From positions 34,230,401 to 34,294,400 of the forward strand of contig CM120641.1 of NCBI GenBank assembly GCA_051362555.1: a stretch of 64,000 nt of DNA. Reading direction: 5' to 3'. Source of the stretch: Lingula anatina (Eukaryota > Animalia > Brachiopoda). Positions 1 through 13,800 of this stretch are shown in pieces. The notes beneath the pieces are model-generated. The model did no database searches and had not been told where the DNA came from. It was given only the letters and a program-made list of their open reading frames with translations. A program made the translations under genes and the position numbers. Within the stretch, counting starts at the first letter, position 1, and every line of letters starts with the position of its first letter.

Positions 1-2982
1 GGTGGAACAAAATAAGGGCAAACATGCCAATCATGACCGTGCCATTGAAATGTATTTGCAAGCACACTCCATTGCTGGGGCCAAGTAAGGATGATCCAGA
101 TAGATTCTAATTATGTGTATTTTTAAATATTTAAATATTATAAAACTAAAGAATAAATTTTTTTCTGAGGGATTCTGGTACACTTATAAATATGGGGATA
201 AGGTTAAAACATTTTTTAGTGAGAAGCAGAAATGAATATTTATTAGTAATTGATTCATAGATTTAGAGAATGATTTCACAATTATAGTATTTAATCTCTG
301 TGAACTAAAATTACTCATTGTAAGCAGTTAGTATATAATTATTGATATTGGTATGATATAAGTCAGATTTTAAATTCAACTTTAGGATTTGACCAGTAGA
401 ATACTTACTTCTTTTTTTACTTTAATTTACTTGCTGTTCACTCATTATGTAAATGTCATTTACAGTTATAGTGAAGGCACCCCAGAGCTGGCAGAGACTG
501 CCAGGGCACTAGCTATGGCATATTCTAACACAGGAGATCCTGATGCTGAAAGTGAGTATGGAAGCTCTCACACCCAAGCATACACACAAACCCACATGCA
601 AACTTGCTTCACAGAAACGTAGTGTGTCAACTTTACAACCAAGCACGCTGAATAATTGCCCTATCCTACATGGGTCCAAGCCCCAAGAAAAAAAAAAATT
701 CACATTGTAGACACACCTTCCATTATGAAACCCTGATTAGTTACCTATTGCAATAAACCTCTTCATTTTGTAGGTGTACATTGAACATGTCATGTTATGA
801 AATATATTGATATGATTAACCTTAAAATTCAGTCCTTCATATATTTTCATCTAAAACCAAAAGTTTAGCTTTCCAGTTTGACATATGGGAAATTTAAAGT
901 AAGTTAACAATGTTTTAAAGTCTTTTTATGAAGCAAATATTTTAGAAGACATTAAATATAAAAAGAGAAAGACCTCTGATGCAAACAATTATCAGATCAT
1001 AGCTATTTTTTGTTTTTCTTTTTTAAAGAAAATTTTATTCCTCCTTTTCAGCCTCAGCAGAGAGTTACTTGAATGAAAGCCTAGCAGCCTACCAGTCCAT
1101 GTACGGACCAGAACATGTTCAGACCCTGGCAGTGCAAGATGATTTGGCAAGACTCATGATAAGAACTGAGAGAGAAGATGTTAGTATCATTACAAATACA
1201 GCAAAAAGCCTAGCAATCATAATCAGTAGATTTCTTCGGTCATTGTTCAATAGAATTGTAATAGATATATTTAATTAAACTATTTTAAGACATGTTTTCC
1301 AATTTAGTGTATAATTTATCAACACAACAATTAACAAAACATTTAGTGGATTAGAAGTGGCCTAAAAATATTATGTAAAAGTTTGAACATAAAAAGAATA
1401 CCTTACAGATATGGATGCAGCATTAGTATAATGGTAGAAAAAACTGCTAAACAAAACAAAAGAAAAACTTTAGCAGATAAGTTTAGAATCAAATTGCAAA
1501 ATGATAATTGAGGAGTTTATAATTAAATAGTGGGAAAGAACTTAAAGCTGGGCATGACTGAAATAACCTTGCTTATTCAGTTTAATAAAAGTATGTGACT
1601 TGAACGTTTTTGAAAGACATTTATCATAATCACTGTGTTGATCTTGTAAAAGAAATAAATAAATTACATTGAAAATGCATCTATATAAATTAGCTATGAT
1701 AGATAAAAAGCACCTGAGAGCTCAGCTTGTGTGCCTTCTTCAGGGGCTAAAATAAGAATCTTTCTTATTCAGATGTTTACAGTTTTTATATCCTAAGCAT
1801 TTAGGAAGAGTTTACTTGTACATTATTAAAGAACAATTCCAGGAATGCTAGCTCTACTCATATTTGTTTAGATATTTGATACTGTTTTATTTAGGAAGCA
1901 CTGTCTGTGCTCAGATCGACACTTTCATCCAAGACAGAGGTTTATGGAGAGTTTTCCGATGAGGTGGCAGATACTTACAAGTTAATTGGCTCAGTGCATC
2001 TCTCGCGTGGAGATATGGAGAAGGCTTTGAAATCTCTTTCTAAGGTATTTTAATATTATTAAACTTATTTAAATAAGTTTGTGTTTAAAAACTTAGAAAG
2101 TCTCAAGTTTAACTTTGCACTTTTTTTAACAAATAAAAAAACTACAATAACTACATCTTTCTTGGTGAATTTTCATTTAAAAAAATTGAAGATTATTGAA
2201 ACCTTCTTTTTTATCTCCCTCTAGCATTTCACCATATCAGCAAACATTCATTTTAAATCTTAAATGTTATTTATTAATAGATGAAGAAATATTATTCATT
2301 TCTTGAATACGTCCATGATAGATTTGATAATGAAATACATGTACACTGTCGTTGTTCGAGACAATTCATATTTATATATATTCATGTTGAATTAAAAGAT
2401 CGTATATTTTGTATTTTTGTATTTTTAGTGCCACACTATAGAAACAGCAGCCCACGGATCTAATCACAAGAGACCCAAAGAGACCCAGAAGACAATAGAT
2501 GTTCTGATGTCGTAAGTTTTTCATTACTCTGGATGCAGTTTATGAAAAAGATAAAAAGAACTAGGTTAAATAATTTATTTACACTTGACAAAAAGTGGCA
2601 ATAATAATCAGTAGATTTGACATGTAAAATAATTGTTACTTTTATAGATAAGTCCTCTGTCAACAGAATTATTTAATAGAAATATTTAATTTAACTATTT
2701 TAAGACATGTTTGCCAATTTATTGTATAGTTTATCAACATAGCAGTAGAAAAACATTTGTTATGATGAAAAGTGTTTAGATAAAAATGTTCTTGTCCTGA
2801 CACAATATTTATAATTCTTGCAAAATTCATTCCTTAAATTTCCGCCTTTTTTTAACAGGAATCCGTCACTGGCATCCAAAATGCCAAAGAGCAAAAGGGA
2901 GGAGTTGCAGCAAAGACCCAGGTTTAATAGTATAGTCAACAGGAGCTCTGCAGCCAAGAATCCTCTGGCAAATACTTTCTGA
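1..2982 (+). CDS. TTC23: Tetratricopeptide repeat protein 23-like, 3' part (6 exons; gene starts before the window)
   Basis: Phase-consistent GT-AG exons <1-84, 466-551, 1052-1179, 1895-2044, 2429-2511, 2859-2982 (TGA 2980-2982). Translation includes HDRAIEMYLQAHSIAGA, PELAETARALAMAYS, AESYLNESLAAYQSMYGPEHVQTLAVQDDLARLMI, VYGEFSDEVADTYKLIGSVHLSRGDMEKALKSLSKCHTIE: TPR helices resembling TTC23/TTC23L. AATAAA at 3246 and 3333. TPR nature is clear; exact orthology is from recall. Confidence 0.75.
1200..1345. repeat. Diverged ~150-bp intronic repeat, copy 1 (copy 2 at ~2585-2760)
   Basis: Shared blocks AATCAGTAGATTT and ACTATTTTAAGACATGTTT.CCAATTTA.TGTATA.TTTATCAACA in two different TTC23 introns. 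Confidence 0.7.
2585..2760. repeat. Diverged intronic repeat, copy 2
   Basis: Same blocks and orientation as 1200-1345, with an internal insertion. Confidence 0.7.
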
Positions 2983-4628
2983 CAACACTGAAATATTTAT
3001 GAATAGAAATTGGAACATATGTCTTACAGAAAAGGATATATAAAAATGACTGGTGTCTAAGGGTGCATCTTCATTTAAACATGAGTGAATGTGTATTTTC
3101 TAAAATATACTAATCCTCACTGAGGATTCATCAAGAGAGACATACTCGTTCATATTTTTTTAATGAAGATGTATTAACACCGGGGTATATAAACATTGTA
3201 AGATGTCAAATTATCGAAATATATTTATATATTTTGTGAAAGGTCAATAAATGTACTAGTACTAGTCTTTTTCTTAAAATCTGTTTTTCATGATAACCAG
3301 CACACATTCAACATTTATTGTATAAGTTTATAAATAAACGTGATACTGATAGTCCGTTTTTTTTTTTCTATCGCTGTGTTAGTTGAGGCTGTCTGATGCA
3401 TTCGTTACAATCAGTTTACTTCTCCCGTGGTTTTGTATTGGATGTTGTGCTAGCTGAACTTGTTGTATCAGTTTAAACAACTTATATCTTTTTAAAAATG
3501 TTGTTGGATAACATTAATGAAGTTTTGAATCGGGTGATGGGAAACTTTTCAAAAATTCCATGGGATTAATAAAATTGAGACTGAAATGTAGAATGTATAC
3601 CGGTGCCACGCAGGAATGCGTACAGTAGAAAAAAAAATGTTCATTTTTGTGTTAGCACCACAATATATTATTTTTTCATTACTTTTCTTGTTATGTCTGA
3701 TGTAACATATAAGACCCCATGTCCTAGACCACAAGACAGTCACTGTAAATTAATATTTGCGATACAAATGAACTGAATTTCAAAAGTCATCTGGAAACAG
3801 TCCACTTCACTTCATCTTTAAACGGACCAGTGCTCTCAGCTTTGTCAGATTTTTCTTGAGACCGCGACACGATGCAAGATGCCTCAACCGAATTCATGAA
3901 TTACTATCATCTATTCACAGGAGTCTTTATAGATATCTGGATACCGCATATATTTTTTAAAAAAATCTAAGAGGTTATCTATAATTCTGATAATTCATCC
4001 ATCTTGTGGATTATTTTCAATCCCCCAACCCAACTTCACTCCCCATGCCGCGTAGTAATGGTCGGCTAGTATTAAGCTGAAGAAGTATATAGAATTATGG
4101 GAATATCTTTAGACAATGGTTCATTAAAAGATCTAGGCAAAATAAGTATAATTTTATCAAAGACATGAAACTGATAATAAACCAGTGATTTTTTTCGAAA
4201 TGCAGCAGTTGACGACAAAAAATTGATTTCGTATCAAGACCACGTGCAACCTAGCTGTCAGGCAAGCACGGTAACTTATGGTGCGCAACCAGATAGTGAC
4301 ATGCATATATGCCTGCGCGCACGTGCAAGTGTGCGTGTTTGAAGTGTGTGTTGGAAAGGCGTGTTAAAAAGTTTTTTTTGTAAACAATTGATTGAACGAG
4401 TAGCGGGTTCATTGAGTGATCCCACGCAAACCAAGGGCGGGCACTGGTATTGTCTATTTATCACGCTAATGTGTGCTTACTCCGTCGAAAGATCTTGCTA
4501 CATTTCTACAGGCGATACTTCTTGTGATTAACGATCTTTGGGAATAGTTAATCTTGCCAATCAGTCGTCGTGCGCATGTCCCAAAGGTTTGGCTATTTTC
4601 TACCTGGCCTAATTCTCTGATAATCCCC

Positions 4629-4629
<1 letters not shown>

Positions 4630-4689
<60 letters not shown>
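4630..4689. repeat. (ATT)20 microsatellite
   Basis: Perfect ATT run. Confidence 0.95.
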
Positions 4690-7600
4690 GACCTACGATA
4701 AATATCGCTCACCGCCAACTTATTTTAGCTTTTATATACCGTGCCTCTCCCCCTCGTTCTCCTTCTTCCCACCCCCTTCCCCACTCCCCATCTCAAGACA
4801 ATGTCCAGAGTAATATTAGAAATGATCTTTACTTTGTCTTCATAAGTCTATTAGATAAATCCCACGAAGATTTACAAAGGACCCGGAATCCAACAGAATC
4901 AACATGTGGTAGGTTAGTCTAGACGTCATTTGAACGCGTCACGTAAATATATTTAGAATCTCTGACGTACCTGTGAATATGAAGAGGGCACAACTGAAGT
5001 ATAGGCTGATGTATATAGGCAAAAGCCCTTCAATTGTGTGAAGAATATATCTCTGCTTGATATGAGAAAAGGGAGTGAAAACTGCATTAAAAAATCCTGG
5101 TGGAATTAAGATATAGAATCTAAGAAGAGATTTTTTATCAGAATGTCAATACTGGTATTTCAAAATATTGGAACAAAATGAAATATGTATACATGTATAT
5201 GAGGTTAAAAGCTGGTGGAACTTAATAATGAACTGTTAGGTGATAAATACTGGAAATACATGTTGGCTATTATCTCATTTTAGCTTCACTCTGAGAAAAT
5301 AATGCTAATTACGCCCATGTATCGACCAACTGAATGTTTGACTCATTCCAGTATTCTGTATTCAGAGCGCTTTATCTTGGTACCCTAAATTGTTGTGTTT
5401 ATCAAGGGAAATTTTTTTTCACTTTTCGCGTTTTACTTGGTATGGTTGAAAATAGTGGTACCTTCAATGTCACAATCTTACTGATTCTAAGGCGCGGACT
5501 ATTCTCCAGTCAGTCAACCTTTCAAATGCAAAATACGCTGAAAAAGACATTAACTGATACGATTTTTCCATTCCAACTGCAAATTGACAATTAGTTCTGC
5601 CAGATATGAGAGATTCATTAGCTTCTTCTAATCTCATAGTAAGTACAATAATGGCATAGTTTCTACATCATTAAATCTGACCGCTCTATTTTCATTTCTT
5701 ATAAACTAATTTCATTCATCACGAAAGAGATCCATACATTGCGATATTTGATTTATACGGCGAGTTATATGGTCGTCATAAATAGCAGAAATATTTATGT
5801 GAGAAATCAGAAAATGCTCCCCTTTACGTCAAACAAAAAATCAATTCCAGGAATCTTCTTTCTATTAAGGGCTCCTGGGTGGAGCTGTGAATTCTCCGGG
5901 AAATTGACTTCATGACCCTTGTGCGTCAAGTTATAATCTATAAGATGTGGCGAGCATTCAAGCGCTCCATGTACAAGCACCTCAAGGTGTTTTTAAATGG
6001 AGATACATTTCGCCGCACTAGTTCACAACAAGAAGAACTCGCAATTAATTATCACACTGATGTTTAACCTTAACGTACAGTGATGACAATGTGGGTACTA
6101 TTCACGAAAGGAATGCATGCATAAGAATTTATCAAAGGGCTCTGTAACAGTAATAAATATTAAAAAGAATTCGCCTACACCCATTGTTAAAATGTTTAGT
6201 AATAGGGAGTTAAACAATAGATATCTCCGCTTTCCATATCAATAACAAAACAAAAAACGAGAAGAGAAAATAAAAATGAAACAAAAAATTGATTAATTGT
6301 AAAGGGCACATTTTGTTTCTCGTTTCTTTCCCAGAAAATCTCAATCTTCTGGCAGAAGTCACTGGCTTAAAGATCTTTCCCTACTCCCTCCACCCCCACC
6401 CCCTTTCTCTCTCATGCAGTGTTCGTTCAACAAAACTTCCTTGCACTTGCCCAACAGTCCTCACTCCCTCTGTTCTATCTGCACTGATCCCTTTTCTCTC
6501 CTCCTTCCTCCCTCACTCTATCATATTACATCCTCTTTCTCTCTCTCCATTAAACACGTACAGTGATTCTCCCCAGTAGCCAAGTTCACATATCTTCAAC
6601 GAGGCAACTGCAGGTGCGGTTTCACTAACGGCGACGCAGTTATTAAAACCAACTCATTTACTGAATAAGTTATGGCCTGGGCACCGCAGTCAGGTGGGAC
6701 CGAAGCTGTGTACCTGCCTTACTGACGGCTACTTGCTATTTATCTTATTTATTTATGCGGTGCATGGGGACTTAAAACTACTACACCTCTCGAAAGAATG
6801 TGCCGACTATAGACCCGATATATAAACAACGCGGTAATTCATTAAATTATAAATGCGCAATTCAGTTATTTTACGGGATTATGAACATCCTTTTTTTAAT
6901 TTTGTCATATTTCCATTAGACAAATAAGGAAGTAGTATAGTAATGTTAGCGACGTCTTTATCTTCAGATATGGGTATAAAACGGATAGAAAATGTGGGAT
7001 GTACTGATCGGATTCATAGACTAAGCATTAGATCCACAAAACCTGCACAAAAACAACACTTCGGTCATTTGTTATCGGAAGTCTAGTCCGCTGATGTTAC
7101 CCCACCGATTGCACCATGGCTAATATTATCAACATTTAATTTATCGCACGTAACCCCTGCTCGTTGATACGCATATCAAATTACTCAGTCAACACCAAAA
7201 AACAGGCACGCCCTTGGAGCACCCCGAGTTCCGTGTACAGGTCACACTCGTAATCTATTCCAGCACGCGCTATCAAATATGCTCTGAAACTCGGGGTACG
7301 GGCACCAATCGCACCAATATCGATCAACTGGATTAAAGAAACGGACTAAACGCACACTGAATCAAACAAGAAAGTGGTGTAGCCACGAAGATAACACATG
7401 AGCTGCCGGCGTCGTGGGGCCGGCGGCTTTCGCAATTTACGATAAAAATTGGATTGCTCAACTCCGTAAACCATTGACTCACTTTCTTCTTTTCTAATCA
7501 AAAAGTGATAAAGAGGTTTGATAAGAAGCGCGACAGAAAAAGAAAATTCGTTGTTCATAGGTCCTGCAATGCACAACGCTATGATTAAGAACTCAAATAA

Positions 7601-10600
7601 AATACTGAACAAATTAAAACGTGATTTTAAACAATCTATGTACAATCTAGACACGGGTCCTTTGAGGTAAAAAAAAAAAAAAGACGACAATAATACAGAT
7701 GTTAAATTTTTAATTCATATCAATACAAATACACCCGACAAGGTCAATATAATTAACAAAACAACAAACGACCAGAAAAACTGACTGACTAGAACTTCCT
7801 TTTTACACACATTCAGGAGTAACAAAGAACAAGGGTAGTGCAGCTGACCACCACTGAAAGAAGGTATAATGGTGTGATTATCTTTAATTATGCTCATTTT
7901 AATCTCTGTCCCATAACATAGAACGTTGAAACCAGCCAAACCTCCTCTTTTACTACATCTCAGCTAGAGACTATCAAATATTGTTTGTTGGATCAAAGAT
8001 CTTGGTTGGAAGATGGCATATTCACACTATTCAATAATCAAAATAATAGCATGCTGGCTCAAACAAAATAACTGCTGTTGACCCAACCTTCATCAATTCT
8101 CGGAAAAGCTAACAGTGCATTTTTTCTCTCTTATTTTTCAGATAATCTTAACTGGAATACTGCATCTTATCTAGCAGGAAGTTTGGCTGACCTATTTCAA
8201 CAAAATACTAATTTCATTTATTGATTTTCACATTCTAGACTTATTTGCAGAAGTCGAAATGTTTGTGACTTAAAATGTACACTAAGCTCAAATGAATCAA
8301 CATGTTTTAAGCAATTCACACTTTTCTTCTAATGCCTATTATTTGTGGCATGATGAAAAAATACTGTCAGTGTTGTCAGTTAAGAAAACACCCCACAATT
8401 CAAAATTACACCAGTCCTTGCTCAATCCAGTAAGCAAAGTGTAAACAGCCATACTGATAACAGCTAATAACAGTTTGTGAAAATCCCCCTACTGTTGCTC
8501 AGTTCTAAACGGGTGTGTCCATTTCTGCACACACAAGTGCTTCAGCTCAATTTCCCATAAATATTATAGGGTGCAAACTAATGCACAGCAATTGCCTTGT
8601 TTTTATGGGATGTTTATAAAATTCCAATTGATCATCAAAACCAGACATAAGTCATGCTTTCAAAAACCCCAGGTTGTACGTTCCCAAAGGCCCTAAAATT
8701 ATGGTCGAGAAAAACTAGAATTATTTCCAAGGCCTCGTATGTGACAAGCCAGCGCTGTACAGAAGCTATTTGGTTGACAGAAACATCTCACCCCTGTCAA
8801 CCCCGCCCTGATTCATGATGGGTTAGCTCCAGGTGCAATGACACAACAACCAATTACCTACAAACACAAACTGTACTTTATGTCAACAGAAAAAAGAATA
8901 ACTGTTGCCAGTCAATTACGGTAATTTTCTAAATAGGGCAGTTCATCATGTGCCCCGTCTCAAATTGGGTCCCATGGTGCATGCAAAAAACATGAAACCC
9001 TGCACTTTCACATACATATTTACATTACGATATACAAGCCCATTTGCTGTAGAATATATACAAATATTGTAGCACCACATACACATAACTTTAAAAGATG
9101 CTGAATAACCTCAACTTTTACAGTGTAAAGAAAAGTAATGATAAATATATCTGATGTAAATATTGTTGCACTTTTTATGACACCGATCTTGTTTGTGAAA
9201 GGGATGAGATAAATTCACCAAATCACTTTTCAAATACTGAATAACACAAAAAAAAACAAAGATGTACCAGAACAAGAAGCACCATATCACCTTGCACAGT
9301 GTGGCACAAAATGCTATAATTAAAAAATATTGATCTGCCACTTACCAAGCTTATCTAAAAATTAAAAATAATATTTTAACAAATCACAATTCCGTTGTCA
9401 CAACATCTTAACAATTAAAAACAATTTACAAGTTACCATGTCTGGGAAGTGGAATATCTTAATGTAGCTTTGATACTGAAATATTTTCTATTATCTAGTC
9501 ATTTTCACATGGGATCTACGAAAGTAGGTGGCTGTTGACTTGACATTAAAAACCTTTTGCTTTCATTAGCAATACCAATGCCAGTTTGAGAACAAAATTT
9601 GCTTCATCTTTTGTCACATCTTGTCATTATAATGCATGGTTGATGGTCCATGACTTCATAACAAGACAGTAAATATATTCCATTCTATAAGTGAGCCCAT
9701 GTAAAAAACATTGCATGTGTTAACTCCTCTTCTTAATGTATATAACATTCACTGGTTCACTGCTTCATACTCTGTTGCTCCACTATGAATGGGCATACTT
9801 ACTGGTTATGAAAGAGAAGCTTGCCTCTTGTGGGTTTCACAGGACTTGGTTGTCTTTTTGGATACATGTCAAAAATTGAGCTATAGATGCACATTGCATA
9901 CATGTATATTGTAGAATGCTTTATCCAAAAACTATTCCTATAGGGGATAATTTCACAACTTTCAGAGGAAGCAACATCTATTGTATAACACTCACCAAAG
10001 CCCAAGACCACAAAACATGATGACTGACTGTATCTTTACAATATTGCGACTCACAAACATGGGTGCTTATGGTTAAGTCTTGAATAAGTTTAACAAACCA
10101 TAAAAGGCACTGCTCAATGTTTAAAAGCACCAGGGAGCACAAGTTCAACTTGGACTTAATATTAAGCCAATGAACAAATGTATACAAAACCCGTCAACCT
10201 AAAAAACATGTTAACACAAAAAAGTGATTCTATCTACTGAATAGTTTTATAAATAATGTGACCAATAATGAGTTAAATGGATTGTAATACTGTTGAACCA
10301 TTTTGCAAGATTTGCATTAGCAATTTTTACAATTTAAAAAGCTATAAAAAACAGACTACAAAGATTTACCACCCCAAGGATAGTAATATCTTATACACTC
10401 TGTAAATATTTCCTCATAAAATGATTAAGAACAATCATTCATCGTATTTGTCTGTGTTTCACTGATTTTGTACCAGCAAGGCTATCCATGCTGAATTATA
10501 TCATGAATCCACAATCACTACAGGTACTCCATTCCAGAAGATTGGAAACACACCCAGAAAGATGAGAATAACTTATCTGGTGAGATCAATGGTTATAGCA

Positions 10601-10812
10601 CAATTCTGGACGCCATTGTTCTCACCTTTACTGCCCCAATATCTCCCACTGAAGCACGACAATTATTTAAAATCAGCTCTATTCAAAGATTCTCTGCTTT
10701 CACTGTAGTTTCCTTCCTCGTTCTGGTATCTCTGCAAAGAGGTGCAAGTCTGCAACTGTATACTTGGAAGTATTTACAAATGCGTTAGGACAGAGCACTG
10801 TCACTTGCTGTG

Positions 10813-13800
10813 CTACCTTCCTTTGGTCTCTCCTTTGCCATTCTTGTGTACGTGACACTGGATTAATACTGTGGTCAGTTGCTGGCATGCTCTTGATACA
10901 GACTCCATGCAGGCTGGAATCTTACTGCGACTAACCTCGTTAGTGTTGTCGTAGGCTAACTGCTTGATTGCCTTGCATAGCTGGATACAAGATGAGGTTA
11001 TATTCATGCAAGTACCTGTAAAAAAATTAGAATGTTAATGTTGATTTTGTGTATAGAATAAGATCAAATTTATATGTAATTTTTTTTTTGCAAAATTCTT
11101 GTTATATTTTTCTATAGAAAAAAAATTGACCCATGGGTTCGATTCTGATTTTCCTTAACAGTTTAAGCTATTGGGTTAAATGCTTTTGAAAGTGATCCCA
11201 ACCAGGTTCGCCTTATAGTACTATAAACTATCATTCCAAAGTGCCTGAATGTGTGTTATAACTAGATACAGAGCAAAGACTAGGAATTTATGAGACAACA
11301 ATATTAAATTTGAGTTAACATTTGACATTAATGATCGTTTTAGCATCTTAATCCATAATATAATTTAGTTTCAGAGTTATCTACCAGGTAAACAATATTC
11401 TGTGGCTAGGGATAGTAGGGCTCGTGTAATATACCACATTCCAACACATACTCAAATACATGCGGGATTATTCTATCCATATATTTTTACCAGTATAAAA
11501 GTGAACTGAAACATGTACAGAGTTTTTACTAGTATGTGAGAAAAAGATAGCTGCTATAGAAAATAAAAAGAGAGACTCAAATGGTTTATGGAAAACTACA
11601 AAACATGAATATGAATAATTAAGATTATCTAGAATAAACAAGGAAAAGGGTTCCTTCATATTCTCTCCACACAACATAGCACTCATGATATTATAAATGA
11701 ACCACTTCTCCCCTTGATGGACTTGAAAGAGGAGAAATTACCCTCCATTAGGCAATATACCCAACATTAAAAACCCGATCAACAAATAATACTTCCCATC
11801 CCCTGCGCTCTAATTTACAACCAATCCCGAATATGGCCACTGAGTCTGTTATTTATTTCCCAGCACGAATGCTTACAAAACATTAACAAACAATGTGTGT
11901 TGGGCAATAAACAACCCGAGTTAGAAAGTCAAATTCCCAGCTGGACCATCCTTTCCCTGGCAACCTCAGTTAAGTATGTGTACATTGAATAACCCACAGT
12001 TTATCTTCTATGGAGAACTTTTTGCTTATTTATCTTCATTCAAGATGATTTTATGACTCTTAGTCAACCCTGTGATGACTGCAGGTAAACAGGCACCCAC
12101 CCAGTTGACGTTCTAATCAGAGATTATCATCAAATATTGGTCATCATATCTGAACTGAAAATGCACTGTTGCATTACTAGTAAGTGCTTCATTTGAAATG
12201 GTTCCCTCTCGAACGAATTGCCAAGAGTGCTTTTTTACTGTACGTAATTATGCAAAAGAGCTAACAAAACTATAAAAAAAGACTGTTGTCATTTAAATAA
12301 TGTAACTTGCTCGTTAGGTCAAAATTTCATTCCAGATGAAAAAATTAAATTTAATATAAAACTCTGCCTTAGAAAGATATACCTCTGCCTTCAAAAATAT
12401 ATACATCCAGCCCTAGCCTACATCATCGGAACATAGTTATACAATTCTTATGGAAAAAAAAAAAAAAAAAAAAAAACGACAAAACCTTCTTTGTCATCTT
12501 TTCATGTCTAGGTTAAAAGTCTCCATCAAAATGACAATCTTATCTCTGTCTATTCACATTAATTGAACTAAAGCCTATCAACGAACAGCACACACCCTAG
12601 CCTCCAGTACTGAAGAGTGATTAGATCACACAATCACATTACATTTTCATAAAAGGCTTAAAATAACATGGAATGGCCAAAAAAATGACAGTTATCACTT
12701 GTGAACTTGTCATTGCTTACATCTAAAAGATGGATTTCACCATTTTTTAAAATTTGTCTCAATGAAAAAAATTCTACTTTAGCCTTGAATCTTGGGATAT
12801 TTCATGTTGACCAAGTTAAAAACTCTATTAAAAACCTTAAATTTTGGGATATGTCATGTTAACTAAATTAAGCCACTCCTGCAACACTTTAATTGACATC
12901 AATGGTCAGTTATAATACTAATCACCATCTCAGCAGTTGGCCACCTCTGTAACTTTACTAATGAACACAACTAAGCCTGATATCAATAACCAAGAGTGAA
13001 ATAACTGCATATTTTAGCATTTTAAAACATTCATGTATTGCAGCTTGTTGTTGCACAATTTCTCTCACATGTACAGGTAATGAAATATCTTGAACAATCT
13101 TAAAATAGATATATTACATTAGTGAAGTTGAGTTGTTCCAATATATACAGATACCACTTGTGTAGAATCTGCTGATAATGTTATGTCCACTTATCATGGA
13201 GGAGAGCAAAAGTCAACACTAACTTTTATCTGTGATGTATCATATTTGGGGACATGCACTACTTGAAAAGGATTAGCCAGGCTATGTAACAGTGCAGCTT
13301 AACGCGCATTTCAACTATTCCATGAACGTCCTCTTTCCTGTTTTTGTTCTTGTAATAAATTAACTCAGACTATAAAAATTATGGGATCTTTTTCAAAGTC
13401 AACCACATACTCCACTATCACTAATCTATATCCTTACAATTTAAACAGTTTCTTTCTATCATTTGTGAATTCTTTCAACTGAAGACACAAATGGAAGCAA
13501 CAGTTTTAAATGTATGTTTAAACTATGGTTCTTATACAGCAGTGTGTTATTTACCTGTGTTTACAAAAATGAAATATAAAATGCAAACACACACAATGGT
13601 GTCTACATTTTTGTGACGCAAAACCTAATAATAATATTAATAAGGACTAATGCTTTAAGCTATTTTAATTTTTTCCAAAGTGACAAAAAGGGCAATTCAA
13701 TTGTCAGAGAGCATGTAAATGCAATTATACAAGAGTGTTTGTTTTGTCTTTTGAGTTCAATCCCATGATTAGGATCAATAAACTAAATGCCACGAGTCAT

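Noticed and set aside
3786-3897. Short minus-strand ORF MNSVEASC...WTVSR
   Set aside because: 36 codons, no recognisable homology and no convincing splice partners.
5946-6068. 40-codon plus-strand ORF MWRAFKRSMYKHLK...
   Set aside because: No motif or family similarity; expected by chance.
11135-11146. GGTTCGATTC tRNA B-box-like motif
   Set aside because: No A-box or cloverleaf around it.
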